From contig NC_042997.1 of the NCBI RefSeq assembly GCF_006345805.1, positions 21,700,001 through 21,764,000 of the forward strand: 64,000 bases of DNA, written 5' to 3'. Positions within the stretch are counted from its first letter, which is position 1. Each line of letters begins with the position of its first letter. This stretch comes from Octopus sinensis (taxonomy: Eukaryota). The position numbers were made by a program, and so were the translations under genes. This document shows positions 47,408-60,849 of the stretch, in pieces. The notes beneath the pieces are model-generated. The model worked only from the letters and a program-made list of their open reading frames with translations, made no database searches and was not told where the DNA came from.

Positions 47408-49729
47408 TTAAAATCATTATAAAATCAAATAGTCTTATACGCATACTTATGAGTGTTATTCTCGTAGTTCAGGACAATAAAAATGGTCCGGACGATATAA
47501 AAGCTTCGGCTCATGGAACTGGCGTTGAGCTTAGCTTTATATTCAAAGGACTATTATATTATCCATATTTTCAACTAAAGGCAGATTATGTTTATCTGTA
47601 AGTGAATTAATATTCTAATTTATATAAGTATATAATCCTTCAAAATGAATACTTTATCTTGTGTAGCAGGATCGAAGGCATTAAGCTGAGTAGTCTTAAT
47701 TATCGACCACCAGATTTCTTTCCGAGTTATACATTCTTCATACTAATTAGATATTTACCGATCTTAATTTACGTTGTACAGTATCTCATTATCATTTGTA
47801 CACGTAACATCCAAAATTAAACACCTTACTCTTATCGAATTTGCAGATAATTTCTTTATCTCTATATTGCACTATCTTCAGCCAGCAAAATATATTAATT
47901 ATGAAGGTTTGGTAATTATGTGCATGTATTTTTCTTCATTTCACATATATTCCATTGTCACAATTTCCATGTAACTATATTATCTTCTTCAATATCCTCT
48001 TCTTGTAAATGAATCTTTGAGTACGTAAATTACAATTTTGTCAAGTGAAGCTCATGAGATCGAATACTTTCTTAACAGTAGGGACAAAAGAATCTGATAT
48101 TTCAGACTAACCACCTTTAACAGAAAGAAAAATAGCAGGGTATAAAATCTCATGAGGCTCACCACATAACGTTTACAATGCAGATATCAGAAATTCCTCA
48201 GATCGTTTTTACTTCTACTTTATCTGTAAAAGTACAGGTGAAGTCGTTAATGGACTTGTTTACAAAAATAACAGTTGAAGATTTATATCCAGTTTATCTA
48301 GATGTACACAAGTGCCGTTTTCGAATAAATTCATAGCGATTGGAAACGGTGTTAATTTGTAAATGATGAGTGTTTCATTAGCTTTAAATGGATAAGTTTA
48401 AATATACTTGCACTTAAAAATACCGACAAAACTTAATGAAAAGATTTTGGACGCCAGTTACCTCCATAGCTTGATTTTGATCATGAGGATACTGTTCAAT
48501 TTATGTGTTTATCAAAGAATGAACTTGTTTATCTTTATTCGTGTTTAACTGGTGAACCATCATCATCGTTGTCGTCATTATGATCTTCCCTGCCATTGCC
48601 TTTCCTTTTCTCTTTTCATTCGAATATCCCTTACCTTACAGATTACATCGTCAATAAATTTATATTTATAAAATCTATTAATAATTTCAAACATATCCAG
48701 ACATTCTGTTATCTGAAATCTGATATCGCGTCAGAGCGTTTCAATACTTAATCGGAATCCAACATTCCTAAACAGATTTTTTTTTGTTATATCGACCTTT
48801 TGTTTATTTTAAACTCATTCTTTCTTTCTCTTCAGCAAGCCTTCATTATATCACAAACATTATATACCTTCAGTGTAATCCTATTTTCACGGAATGATGT
48901 GAGATTTCTGTTAGGAAAAGACAACTAGTTTACAAAGGTCTACTTCATGTAATTTAACGCTAATTCATGTTTCTGAGATAAAATTCTCTTGACTGTGCTT
49001 TCTACACTACCACATAAGTGTTAAATCAGAGCTTGTTGATGATATCTCTACTTCTTTAGAAAACAACGACGTTGGTGGAAGATATCATTATTTCTGTCAA
49101 TACAGATCATTTGTCTTAAGATAGATTTTTCTCTTATATTTCTCTTTTTCCTTTTATTAACCTACGAACTAATAATGCTACAATCATACACTGTATGACA
49201 CAGAGTATCCAGTATTATTTTCGACCAAATGAGAATGTAATTCATGAGGAATGCGCGATCTGTGAATTACAGCGGGTTGTCCAATATTACGGTTAGTCTG
49301 TTTGAGCACGGTCAATCAAAATAATATTAAAACAGCAACGATAGCATTTAATATCTTTCGTTTCTAGAACGACTACAACGATGGTTGTTGATGGCAGAAT
49401 CAGTTGCGAGTATACTGGAGTTGATATAAAACCCCTGTAAAAGCATAACTTTGGGGGTAGGCATCTATGTTAGAAATAATAATTATTGCTATTTGGCCAT
49501 TGAAGGTGAAGCGGTTATAAGACTTTAGCAACAGCATGACGTCATAGTCGTGTCGGCTGCCTTTTGTTTATAAATGTTTTACGCTTTTTCATTGGTCGGT
49601 TTTACTGTCCATGCATCGATTCTAATCTTCGTGAAAAGTTTCTTTTCCTTGGAGAAAGGATCTAAGAATCGGGTATACAGCAGTTATAAAAATCCTGATT
49701 TTGGGGACATTATTCAGTGACACTCGGTT

Positions 49730-50220
49730 TGCAGTTCGGTCATCGTTTGAAATTGGTGTTGTTTTGTGAAAGTGAACAACATAATAACCCCGGTAAATTG
49801 TTATGTTATTGTTGTTGTTTGTTTTATTTGTTTGCACAGTTTAGAAAAAAGATAGAAATTGAAAGTCTAAGTTCCTCCGGGGAGGAATTGCTACAAGCGA
49901 CTGACGAAATTGACATGAAAGAAAAGGATAGAAAAATTAATTTTGCGGCCGTAACCAAAAGCCACAACAAAGTTATAGATATGCAGGAAATAGGCAGTTA
50001 TAAAAAATGTTTCGTAAGGAGGGACACGATGAAAAGGTGTCCTTCCAACCCAAGGCGCAACCCGACATCTCACGACCGCGTTAGAGGAATACTTAGTGGA
50101 TACACAAGAGCAGAAAACCTAAACTCTTTGGACGAGGTTTTCTTCCGGAGTCCAATATCCGATATTCTTCGTAAGTTATAGCAACAAGTGGAAATATATT
50201 TAATCTGATATCTGTGACAA
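49730..50220 (+). mobile_element. Possible LINE 5' region/ORF1 remnant
   Basis: Frameshifted coding-like segment (MKEKDRKINFAAVTK...; LEEYLVDTQEQK.TLWTR) ending at a (TA)n tract. No diagnostic domain recognised. Confidence 0.3.
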
Positions 50221-50222
50221 GG

Positions 50223-50224
<2 letters not shown>

Positions 50225-50285
<61 letters not shown>
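50225..50285. repeat. (TA)n microsatellite at the Tx1 3' flank
   Basis: Direct reading. Confidence 0.95.
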
Positions 50286-50288
<3 letters not shown>

Positions 50289-52183
50289 TCTTTATTAGCC
50301 ACACAGGGCTGCACACAGACAGGACAAATTACAAAGTAGAGCTTTTCTTTTGGGGGTAAAAAAAAGGCGGTTTGGTTTTCAATCAAAAGGGATCGTAAAA
50401 GGAAAGAAAGAGGACAAAAAAGGGGGGGATAAGATTAAAAAAAAGAGGAGGAAGGAAAAAAATTGATCAATAGGGATCGTTATCACAGAAATGTCAATAT
50501 GAAGTGTAAAGGGGAGGACAGGTGAGGTTTACCCGTGGAAAGAAAAGCCTACGGAAAAGACCACGGTAACCTCGGTCAATGAAGTAACATGTTATATTTC
50601 TTTTTTTTTTTTGCAAATAAGCAACTCTCTGTATTAATTTTTACGGTTCATAGAATCATAGTCAAGGTGGCTTCGTCATTCATATGTGCCATCCTTGCTA
50701 CATTCACCCATCTTTTTTTAAAACATTCACTAGACAAAACTTGCCTCTCTACTCTCACTTTCCTCTTCAAGTGATACTTCAAGAAGTTGATGAGAGATTG
50801 ACCAGAGAGGAAAGTGTTTGCCTCTAATCCTTTCAGCCGCGTCCACCAGATACATTTTTTCGCCATAGCCACAAGTATGATAAAAATAGCTCTTCCTTCC
50901 CGTTTGAAGGAAGGAGGCGTGACGATATTAACGATAGACTCGGCTGATAAACCGACACGTCCCACACGTGACAGCAGGCGTTCGACATAAGCCCACAGGT
51001 CGGAGATTGTTGGACACTGCACGATTGCGTGCAGAGCGGTTTCGTCGCTCTGCCCGCATCTCGGGCAGGTCGGCCTCGTGTTTCTCGAGCCATGCCTATA
51101 GAGCTATCGAGACCTTTCGACATTGCACGTTCGGTCCGTCAGGGATGCCCCCCCCTCTCGGCGCTTCTATACGTATTGACTCTTGAGCCACTACTGCGGA
51201 AGCTGGCGACTCTGAGGGGCATCCCGCGAGAATTGGGATGCGGGACGAGCGTGTCTGCATACGCGGACGACATCACCGTCATAGTGTCAAGCCACGAGCA
51301 CATCGAGCTGGTCGGCGAGACACTGAAAGACTACGAAGCGGTGACAGGAGCAAAAATCAACTGGGAAAAGTCAGTGGGCTTGCGGCTCGGCACCTGGAGA
51401 AGCAAGCCTACGCCGTCCACCAGTACCTCCGTCGTGGGACGCTGGACAGACGGCCCGGTTGAGTTACTCGGGGTCTGGTTCGGTCAGGACCTCCAAATGG
51501 AGAAGAACTGGAACGAGATAACGAGTAGGGTGGTCACTCTCGCCCGGCAATGGGCCGAAAGGAAACTGTCCCTAAAAGGTCGGGCGGAGGTAGCGAACAC
51601 GTACATCGCGTCCATCATCTACTACCCCTTGACCGTCGTACCTTGTCCCGACCCTACCATCACCAAACTAGAACGCATTCTCTTCCACTTCTTGTGGAAA
51701 GGATGCGTCCCGATGGTCAGGCGATCCATTTGCTGTCAACACCCGTTAAAAGGAGGGCTGGGCATGCCATGGTTGATGATGCGCAGACACGCGCTGAGAC
51801 TGCGACATCTCCGGCTCTATGTAGACGACGGTGAACAGGTGTGGTCGCCGTTTGTGAGGCACGCGTTCCCGCAGCTCGTCTCCATGACCGAACTGCAGTC
51901 GTGGATCAAAAATAGGCCGAGGAAGGGCGAATGGCATCGCGAGTGTCGCGTTGCTCTAAAGCAACTCTGCCGTCCCGGGTCGACCTTGAGTGACTTCAAC
52001 ACAACCAAAGCATTCTATAGGGGATTAGTGGAGGGGAGGTACGACGACGATCTTGGGGCAAACCTGGGCGTCGACGAGGAATACCTGACCCGCCTGTTTG
52101 AAACGACTTTCGGGCCGGGACCTATGGACAACTTCCAGAGATCCCTGGCCTGGCGGTGCTACCGAGAAGCGCTACCCGTTCGA
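50286..52183 (-). mobile_element. 5'-truncated, 5'-inverted L1/Tx1 retrotransposon
   Basis: 51104-52183 on plus encodes RT (SVRQGCP...SAYADDITV...LPLKGGLG...EALPVR). 50648-51103 on minus encodes LYRHG...CPRCGQSDETALHAIVQC...MIL*. The 3' UTR ends gtggctaataaagaaac at 50286. Confidence 0.92.
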
Positions 52184-52192
52184 TATATATAT

Positions 52193-52224
<32 letters not shown>

Positions 52225-55200
52225 CACATACATACATATATACACTACCCTTTAAAGTACGCGACTACATTTTTTTCCAGTTACTGTAGTTAGAAGATTA
52301 TGTCTGTAAGAAAGAAGATTCCATGAAGAGGATTTATTTCCAAAACATCATTTAGTCGACAAATTTTGGAAATTTTCTAAAAATTCAATTATTTTTCTTT
52401 GGAAATTTCTAAGTTTATTGATTTTGCTTTAACTGGGCACCTAACCAATTCCGATAAGAAGAAAGATGTTGCATCATATTTCAGTATAATAAATGGCATT
52501 TGTTTTATGAAACTCAGTAATAGATTATTTCATATTCAAAATCGCATATATCTGCAAGTAGATTAAAATAATTGTTGAGCGCTGTACTGAAAAAATCCTG
52601 CCAAACAGATTCCGAGACCCAGTGTATTTTAATAATAAAAACCATTTCGTTTCATTTATGCCATTCGCAATATTTAGATGCATATACAAGCGTCGGAGAT
52701 GAGAAGTAAGAACCTGAAGTTTTAACACTTGTTGAATACAAGAATGGATACTCGTGCTCATGTAATTTTTCTTTTACGTCAACCCATCTCTCTCTCTCTC
52801 TCTCAGTTTCTCATTTCTTTTAAATATCTTGTCTTTACTTTAGTATCCAAGGAAAAATGGTAATACTAACCTATTTAGCATACAATAAAATGATTTCAGT
52901 AAAACCTTGCCTTAAGCCATTCATTATTCCAAGACACACAAATCTAATTTAATTCCTATGCCAATTACTTCTTTAAGGCTTTAGCTTTTCTATAATATCC
53001 TTCAAACTTTGGTCTATCATTACAGTAATAAACCAATTTAAGATGAATTGCAATTTAGACCATTAAATCTAAGCAGACAATCATGTCATTAACATCCACC
53101 ATTAGTATAAGTTTATATAGCTTATATTTTTCGTTAACCCTTTTTATAAATTTACCTCTCAATAGAATTTTTAGATGATTAGACGTTGGCGCATACAGCT
53201 GTCGTACTGGAAACATTACGCTATATAACTTTATTTTCATTTCAATTTTTCTCGGATTTGACTTTGCCTTTTATCACCCTGAAGTCGCTCACTGACGTGA
53301 CAGCAATATGCTACAGTCGAATGGCAATTCCTCATTAGTTTAATTAAAATTGGAAAAAGAAAACTAGCTTCGTATATGTATTAGCAATTTCGTGACGAGG
53401 CAAATAGAATATTTTTTCAAGAAAGTGGTGAACACTGTAACACAAGCATTAAATTATCTCCAGTACAGGCAGCAATCTTGTTTCGATTCTCGTTTGAAAC
53501 TAATTCACTTATAGTACTAATGTTTTGTAAAAGCAATGCGTCACAAAAGTCCAGGTTATCTCCTAAATTAAAATGCCTGGCCAACTAGTAAAATAGAATA
53601 GCATATCATACACGGTGCAATGGCACAACTTTTTAAGAACTGTTAATCCATTGAATCATCTAAGTACAATACTAAAACTTAGATCAGCCCTGGAGATATG
53701 AAAAGCAAAGAAAATCAACGTTACTCAAGATCTGGCCCAGATAACTACCCAATAATAACAACATATTACAATATTTACAATAAAATCAATCTGAAATACC
53801 AACGAAAGCTTATATATTTTTTATATTTTTATTTCGTCTTTTTTTATTCTAAGAGCTATCTACTCCTTCCCACCTACATGATTACATAGTCAAAAATCTT
53901 TGTAGATTATTAAAAAGAAGGCAAGGAAAAGGAGGCATAAAATAAAATTGATAAATCAATACGGGGGAAAATCCGTACATTACCAGTGACAGATAATCAA
54001 TAAATAGAATCCTACTTGCTTTCCGAAGCGGCATTTTGTCGGTCAGAAACTGGTTTGAAATCATTATTAAAGTAACCTCAACAGCAACTAAACACTCATA
54101 ACATGGTGTTATTCTTCTCCTCTAGATTTGTTGGTAAAAATCCTGCATATTAAATGAACTGGCGCCTTTTTTCTCCCCCCCCCCATTTTTTTCCTAGATC
54201 GGTCGCCACCAACTGGCCAGTATTTTATTGCCACCAATTTTGATGTAACCAATTATGGCAAACCAGCAATGCAAAACGCCATTTCCAACGCTAAATAATT
54301 TTTTTCTTGTTTTCTTTGAGTAATTTTATAGTAAAATAGCTCCAATGAAATTGCTGTCGTTTAGAATAAAAATTCAAAGTAGGCTTTCTCAGTAGAATAT
54401 ACTCCTAACACTTTTCACATTGGTAGAAGAATTTTCTTTTTTCTTATATTGCCAATAAAGTATTGGTATAAAATAGAATTTGTGGAAAAGAAATGCATTT
54501 CGGCTCAACTTTGTTGTGGTATCTCTAATTATTGCTTGGAATAAATCTTGTTTTCTCAACTCTCCTCACAATATAACTATAAGATACTCAAGTAAATTAA
54601 CCATACTATTGATACCGATCTAGTAAAAGAAAATGAATACGAATCAATTTTATTTTACGTTAGAATTATTATTATGTTATTTTTTTCTCGTCATTATTTT
54701 ATTTATGAAGAGAACTGCTGATGACTGAAGTGGCAGACTATCGAATCTTGTTACAGGCCCTATATCGTATCTATACGTAAGGCGTTGAGCTTATTCACAG
54801 ATCTAGAATCGAAAACATAAGTAGCTGTGAAACCAAAGGAAATACAACATACCTATCTCATAATGTATTCCGGACTAAATCATTCCATGTGTCCTCTTTT
54901 AAAATGCTCATGTGAGTTTTACGGAAATTTGATTTCGTCTTCGAGCAGACCGATTAACGGCGTGGAGACCTTCGTGCTAGTTCTAAACTGTTGTCTTACA
55001 TGAAACGTCTATTGTAAGAAGTGGAAACTATTAAAATGAACTAACTCTAAATACGTCAGTTTAAGTCATTTAATTTACATCGCATTTCCTTGAAGGTTTC
55101 CAACAGAGAAATTACTGGTTTACTGTATTTTTCACGAGTTGAACGAAAAAGAACTGGCTGTACAATCGGACAGAACAACGGCGAGTTATTAACACAGAAT

Positions 55201-57514
55201 CGTGTCTGTATTTCACATGGAGACAAATTTTTAAAAAGTGCTTCTTCAACATAAATAATTGTGAAGCAATCGTTCATGTAGCTTAATAGTATATGCAAGG
55301 CTGGTGAAATATAGAATTAGAAAATGCTTGGCGATTTTAGTTGATCTGAGATTAAGCTGCGCTGAGGTCGCTTTTGACTTTTATCTCCTAAGAATTGATA
55401 GTGTAAATACAAGTCAAATATTGAATCGATATAACTGACTATACTACACTCACCACAGAAGCCATAGCTGAGTCAGAAAACATTATCTTCATATTAGTAT
55501 TAGCTATTTCCAAACTTTTTTTAGATATTAGTCTAAAGAGTAAAGGCGGCTCTCATGGCACTCTTCCGGAATTCCAAGATTTGTAATGTAAAGGCGGAAC
55601 ATATTTTCAATTCGGATATTTAGTCCGAATGTTTTCAATAGGTAAAGATACCCGAGAGCTGGGAGCTGTATTAAGCCTATTACGCAAGAGCATGAGCGGT
55701 CCCTCCAATGAGCTATCACGAATTTCGTTCTTCTAAATTTCTTTCACAAGGTTTCCGTTGACCGAGGATGCAATAAAAGATATTTGTCCAAGGTATTGCT
55801 TAGTGGAGCGAAACTTTGAACTACGCTGTTAACAATGTTAAGTCCTTAACCCCTGTCTATTATCGATACATTATTTAGTTTCCTGAATGTTATTACAGTG
55901 GAATATATTAAATTCGATTTCCCATTCAAGAGAAACCAATAACGTATAATTCGTTGGTATTCTATTTGAAGTAATATAAATCAAAATTTTCCATTTGTTA
56001 CATTGGTTATAACTTACGTAATGCGGGTCTGCAGGAAACGATAAATTAAAATAGCATTTGCAGAAGGTTACAAATATGGTAGAATGGTACAGTATATCAA
56101 ATCAACCCCAGTATTTCACTGTTTTATTTCATCGTCCCCCACTGCCTCACATGACAGGTTATAACCACTGTAATAAATAGAAAATTATCTTGTGTATTAC
56201 GTTAGAAAATAAAGCACCTATTACTTATATAGTGCTGATTTCTCTTGAACGAATGCAATCTTAATTCTTTCAAGGAAGAGTATATGACCAATTACATCGA
56301 ATTTAATACATTATTGACTTGGTTTGTCAATGCACGGGAAAGAAAAGCGAAATCTATAGGATCTAATGATGCTTAACTTCTGATCATCTAAGGAAATAAA
56401 GCTCATTGAAGTAAAGTAAAAGATTATTGTTGAAGTTAGCGCTTGCAAATCTGCTACCATAATCATTTTATTTTACATTGCTAACAGGCACAGACGGGGT
56501 TTTCTGACCTTTTGTTCGAAAGTGCAACGCTCCGTAACACATAATAAATGACATACAGTGCAATAAGAAAACTCGCTGGATCTTAAACGTGAGAAGAAAT
56601 TAACATCGGTATCGCTTGGAAGTAAGGCAGAGTCAGCAAGTTTTAAATGTATTTCGCAGTCGTTATAGAGTAACAGCAGTGTCCAAGGTATTGCTTAGTG
56701 GAGTGAAACTTTGAACTACGCTGTTACAATGTGAAGTCCTTAACCCCTCAAACCTGTCTGTCTGTTATCGATACGCTATTTAGTTTCCTGACAGTGTACT
56801 AAGTTTAAATCATTTTATGATACACACTCGAAGAGATGATAGTTGTGATGCAGGATATTGTAAAACAACGTCAAGAGGATACCGCTTTGATTAATGGTAA
56901 TGAAAATCATATGTATCAACAATGATTCCTTACTATTGCTAAAGATTCTATACGACCAGCTGAGCGGTATCACCTGTCACTTCTGTATATGTTGGCAAAT
57001 AGGAAAGCTTTGTCTTCCCCTGCAAGACTCCGCAACAAGTATTGATAATTAGGATTCATGAAAGCCTAACTAATTGTAGAACGATGATAATAATCATTTC
57101 CATAATAGGCACAAGGCCTGAAATTTGGAGAAAGCGATCTTGTCGAGTACATCGACCCTAGTATTCAACTGGTACTTATTCGACAGATAAAAGATTGTTA
57201 ATCATTTTGATTCTGCCAGCCCGCTGCCTTCAAGGAAAACAACAATTTTGTGTCACAAACCAACATACTTAGAACCAATTTCAGGAGTTAAACACTTTCG
57301 ATTCTTTACAATCTTGCAAAAATATTTCTGAATTTAATTTTCTCTAGCATCAACTGGATAAACTGAACGAAACAGAATTTCTCAGCTAGATATTTCAACA
57401 AATGAGAAAGGAATTACTGTTGTAAATATAATCAATTGACAATTTATTGTACTACGTGATGAAAACTGAAAGCACACATGTGTGGGAACAAAAAATAAGA
57501 AATTTTCTATAAAC

Positions 57515-57822
57515 TGCATCTATATATCGAACCACAATCTACTTCAACCTCTTCTTTTTTCAATGATTCCTTTAACTGGATAACAAGTCGACATTTTACA
57601 AAGCTTCAGTATCAATGTCGAATTACATCAGACATCATGTAACACTCTCCTTTCAATTTGCATCTCAATTTGCATCTATATATCGAACCACAATCTACTT
57701 CAACCTCTTCTTTTTTCAATGATTCCTTTAACTGGATAACAAGTCGACATTTTACAAAGCTTCAGTATCAATGTCGAATTACATCAGACATCATGTAACA
57801 CTCTCCTTTCAATTTGCATCTC
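57515..57822. repeat. Perfect 152-bp tandem duplication (156-bp period)
   Basis: 57515-57666 equals 57671-57822. Confidence 0.95.
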
Positions 57823-58295
57823 ACGAACTATATTGATTTATGACTAAGAGGTATTATATTCGATATAACATAAGAACGAAAGTCATTTCTTTTTAATGTT
57901 AAGAAGAATAATATCGTTTTCTAAGAAAGTAAAAGAGTTCCATAAACCGGAATATATGTCTTCAGTTTTTAGTACGAACGTCCTACGAATTGACATATGC
58001 GAAATATTTTTATACAGCGAAGCAGATTTTACTGCTCACCGACGTATTATACTGTGAATTGAGAAATGTTGATACTCGAGCCAGTCGTTAAAAGTGCTAT
58101 GAATGCTGAGTGAGGTTATTTCCTTTTCATTTTACAACTGGTTTACTATATCTAAATGGTTGCGATAGAGAGTTTTATTTTCCATAATCTATTATTAAAT
58201 CATTAACATGATAGTAAAAGCACTATTTAGAATGAAATAATAAAACGAACATATAACTAGATCGAAGGCTGGTAAATCTTCCAGTAGCAAACCGG

Positions 58296-58710
58296 GATAG
58301 TTGTATGGTTAAGAAGTTAGCGTTGCGGTCACAAAGTTTCAGCTCCACTCCTACAGCCCGCACATTTAGCAAGTGTCTTCTATTATTGTCCAGGGACGAC
58401 AAATCCCTTGCAAGCAAATTTGGTTGCGGGAAAGTGTGTGGAAGCTTGCCGTATATATGCATACGCGCCTTCATATGTGTGTGTGTGTGTGGGGTGTATC
58501 TTTGTGTTTGTATGTGACCTCCCACCGCTTGGAAATCGGTGTTGGTATGTTTTCGTCCCCGTAACTTGAAACGGTTCGGCAAATGAGACACATTGAGTAA
58601 ATATTAGACTTTAAAAAGTACTAGGTCGATTTGATCGACTAAGCCCCTCAAGGCAGTGCCACAGTAATGACTGCAGTCCAATGACTGGAACAAATAAAAG
58701 GTAAAAGATG
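58296..58710 (+). mobile_element. Degenerate CORE-like SINE
   Basis: gttgtatggttaagaagttagc...tagcaagtgtcttctatta...gcagtccaatgactggaacaaataaaagg, collinear with 60421-60830. Confidence 0.7.
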
Positions 58711-58829
58711 AAATGATCAAATATACAGATGACAGAAAAAGAAGTTATTTGACATACCAAATTAAAACAAAACAAACAATAACATTGTTTACTTGTCTTC
58801 CACTTTCTCTTCCTGTTTCTTCTTATTTC

Positions 58830-59415
58830 TTATTTCTTTACTGCCCACAAGGGGCTACACGCAGAGGGGACAAACAAGGACAGACAAACGGATTAAGTCG
58901 ATTATATCGACTCCAGTGCGTAACTGGTACATATTTAATCGACCCCGAAAGGATGAAAGGCAAAGTCGACCTCGGCGGAATTTGAACTCAGAACGTAGCG
59001 GCAGGCGAAATACCTATTTCTTTACTACCCACAAGGGGCTAAACACAAAGAGGACAAACAAGGACAGACAAACGGATTAAGTCGATTATATAGACCCTGG
59101 TGCGTAACTGGTTCTTATTTAATCGACCCCGAAAGGATGAAAGGCAAAGTCTACCTCGGCGGAATTTGAACTCAGAACGTAGCGGCAGGCGAAATACCTA
59201 TTTCTTTACTACCCACAAGGGACTAAACACAAAGAGGACAAACAAGGACAGACAAACGGATTAAGTCGATTATATAGACCCTGGTGCGTAACTGGTTCTT
59301 ATTTAATCGACCCCGAAAGGATGAAAGGCAAAGTCTACCTCGGCGGAATTTGAACTCAGAACGTAGCGGCAGGCGAAACACCGCTAAGCATTTCGCCCAG
59401 CGTGCTAACGTTTCT
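58830..59415 (-). mobile_element. tRNA-SINE trimer (184-bp period)
   Basis: cccacaaggg at 58844, 59028 and 59212, with a single head region at 59385-59415. Confidence 0.93.
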
Positions 59416-59569
59416 TCCTATTTCTTTCTGTCAATGTCTGGAAACACGCCACAGCGTTTTCCATCCTATCGAAGCAGCCTCACTAACTCTGCCAGTTACC
59501 GATCTACTGCTCTCACATTCAATATTCTAAAATTGACAGAAACCGTTATTAGCGAACATGATCCTTCAT

Positions 59570-60039
59570 CACGTTAAATCCCTCTCTTGCTTCAAAGTGA
59601 TCGCTCAGTATGGCTTTCGTAGAGTCATATCAGCTGGAGACTTACTCTATGTTATTCACCGCTGTTCTTCCTGCTTGGGTAATGTGATGAGACCAATATT
59701 GTTACACTTAACATTTATTACATCATTTAAAATATCCTACATGGGAACATGTCAGCAAAGTTATCTGTTTTAATTAGTTTGGATACAAAGGCACATGACA
59801 GATCAGACCAAATGATTTGACGATATGAAAGCTAAGTGAGATCAGTCAGTAATTCACTGCCGCGATTTGTTGTGCTTTTGGAAAATTGATAGAATCGACT
59901 GGGAATATAGCTAGTGTCCGGTGAGTTCCTCTTGAGAAATAACTAAAGGGAACGGCAGTCGATGACACACTCCTTCATGACTCTAGCGGGGAACTTGTCA
60001 GGGCACCCAGCTGAGTTGTTTGTAATTTCATTAATAGCT

Positions 60040-60045
<6 letters not shown>
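59570..60045 (-). mobile_element. Degraded CR1-clade RT fragment
   Basis: KAINEITNNSAGCPDKFPARVMKEC (cf. K.S.GPDG.P..LK.C) and PIFQKHNKS..VNY*LISL (cf. PIFK.G.....NYRPISL). Confidence 0.6.
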
Positions 60046-60071
<26 letters not shown>

Positions 60072-60140
60072 CATACATACATACATACATACATACATAC
60101 ATACATACATACATACATACATACATGCATGCATACATAC
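60045..60140. repeat. (ACAT)n microsatellite
   Basis: Direct reading. Confidence 0.95.
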
Positions 60141-60420
60141 ATAATGGTGCCGTCAACATCGAACGTGGAGATGTAGAGGACCGTTTAAAAAGTCCGTTTT
60201 GAACGCCTTCCTCTAGAAATATGCCGACTTCTTCAGCCTAAATCGGTAACTGGTTTATTTCTCCAATGATTTATAAGAGAAACACTTTTTACTCACCAAC
60301 GTACAGTTATCCTGAACAGATTTTAAAATATACATCTACACCAGGTAGAATCTCGCTAACACGATTATGGCAGAATCTAACACCACCACAGATGAAACTA
60401 ACAACGTCACCACCGATGCA

Positions 60421-60830
60421 GGGGTGGCTGTGTGGTAAGTAGCTTGCTTACCAACCACATAGTTCCGGGTTCAGTCCTACTGTGTGGCATCTTGGGCAAG
60501 TGTCTTCTGCTATAGCCTCGGGCCGACCAATGCCTTGAGTGGATTTGGTAGACGGAAACTGAAAGAAGCCTGTCGTATATATGTATATATATATATATGT
60601 GTGTGTATATGTTTGTGTGTCTGTGTTTTTGCCCCCTCCCCAACATCGCTTGACAACCGATGCTGGTGTGCTTACGTCCCCGTCACTTAGCGGTTCGGCA
60701 AAAGAGACCGATAGAATAAGTCCTGGGCTTACAAAGAATAAGTCCCAGGGTCAATTTGCTCGACTAAAGGCGATGCTCCAGCATGGCCGCAGTCAAATGA
60801 CTGAAACAAGTAAAAAGAAAAAAAAGAGAT
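60421..60830 (+). mobile_element. CORE-like tRNA SINE, near full length
   Basis: ggctgtgtggtaagtagcttgc...gggttcagtcc...tcttgggcaagtgtcttctgctatagcc...gcagtcaaatgactgaaacaagtaaaaaga. Confidence 0.85.
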
Positions 60831-60849
60831 GAAAACAAAATTACTTCAC

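Noticed and set aside
49535-49546. TGACGTCA (CRE) site, also near 1522
   Set aside because: A single 8-mer with no linked gene or TSS evidence.
47420-49700. Hidden gene or exons in the long unique AT-rich stretch
   Set aside because: No convincing ORF, motif or paired splice signals were found by eye.
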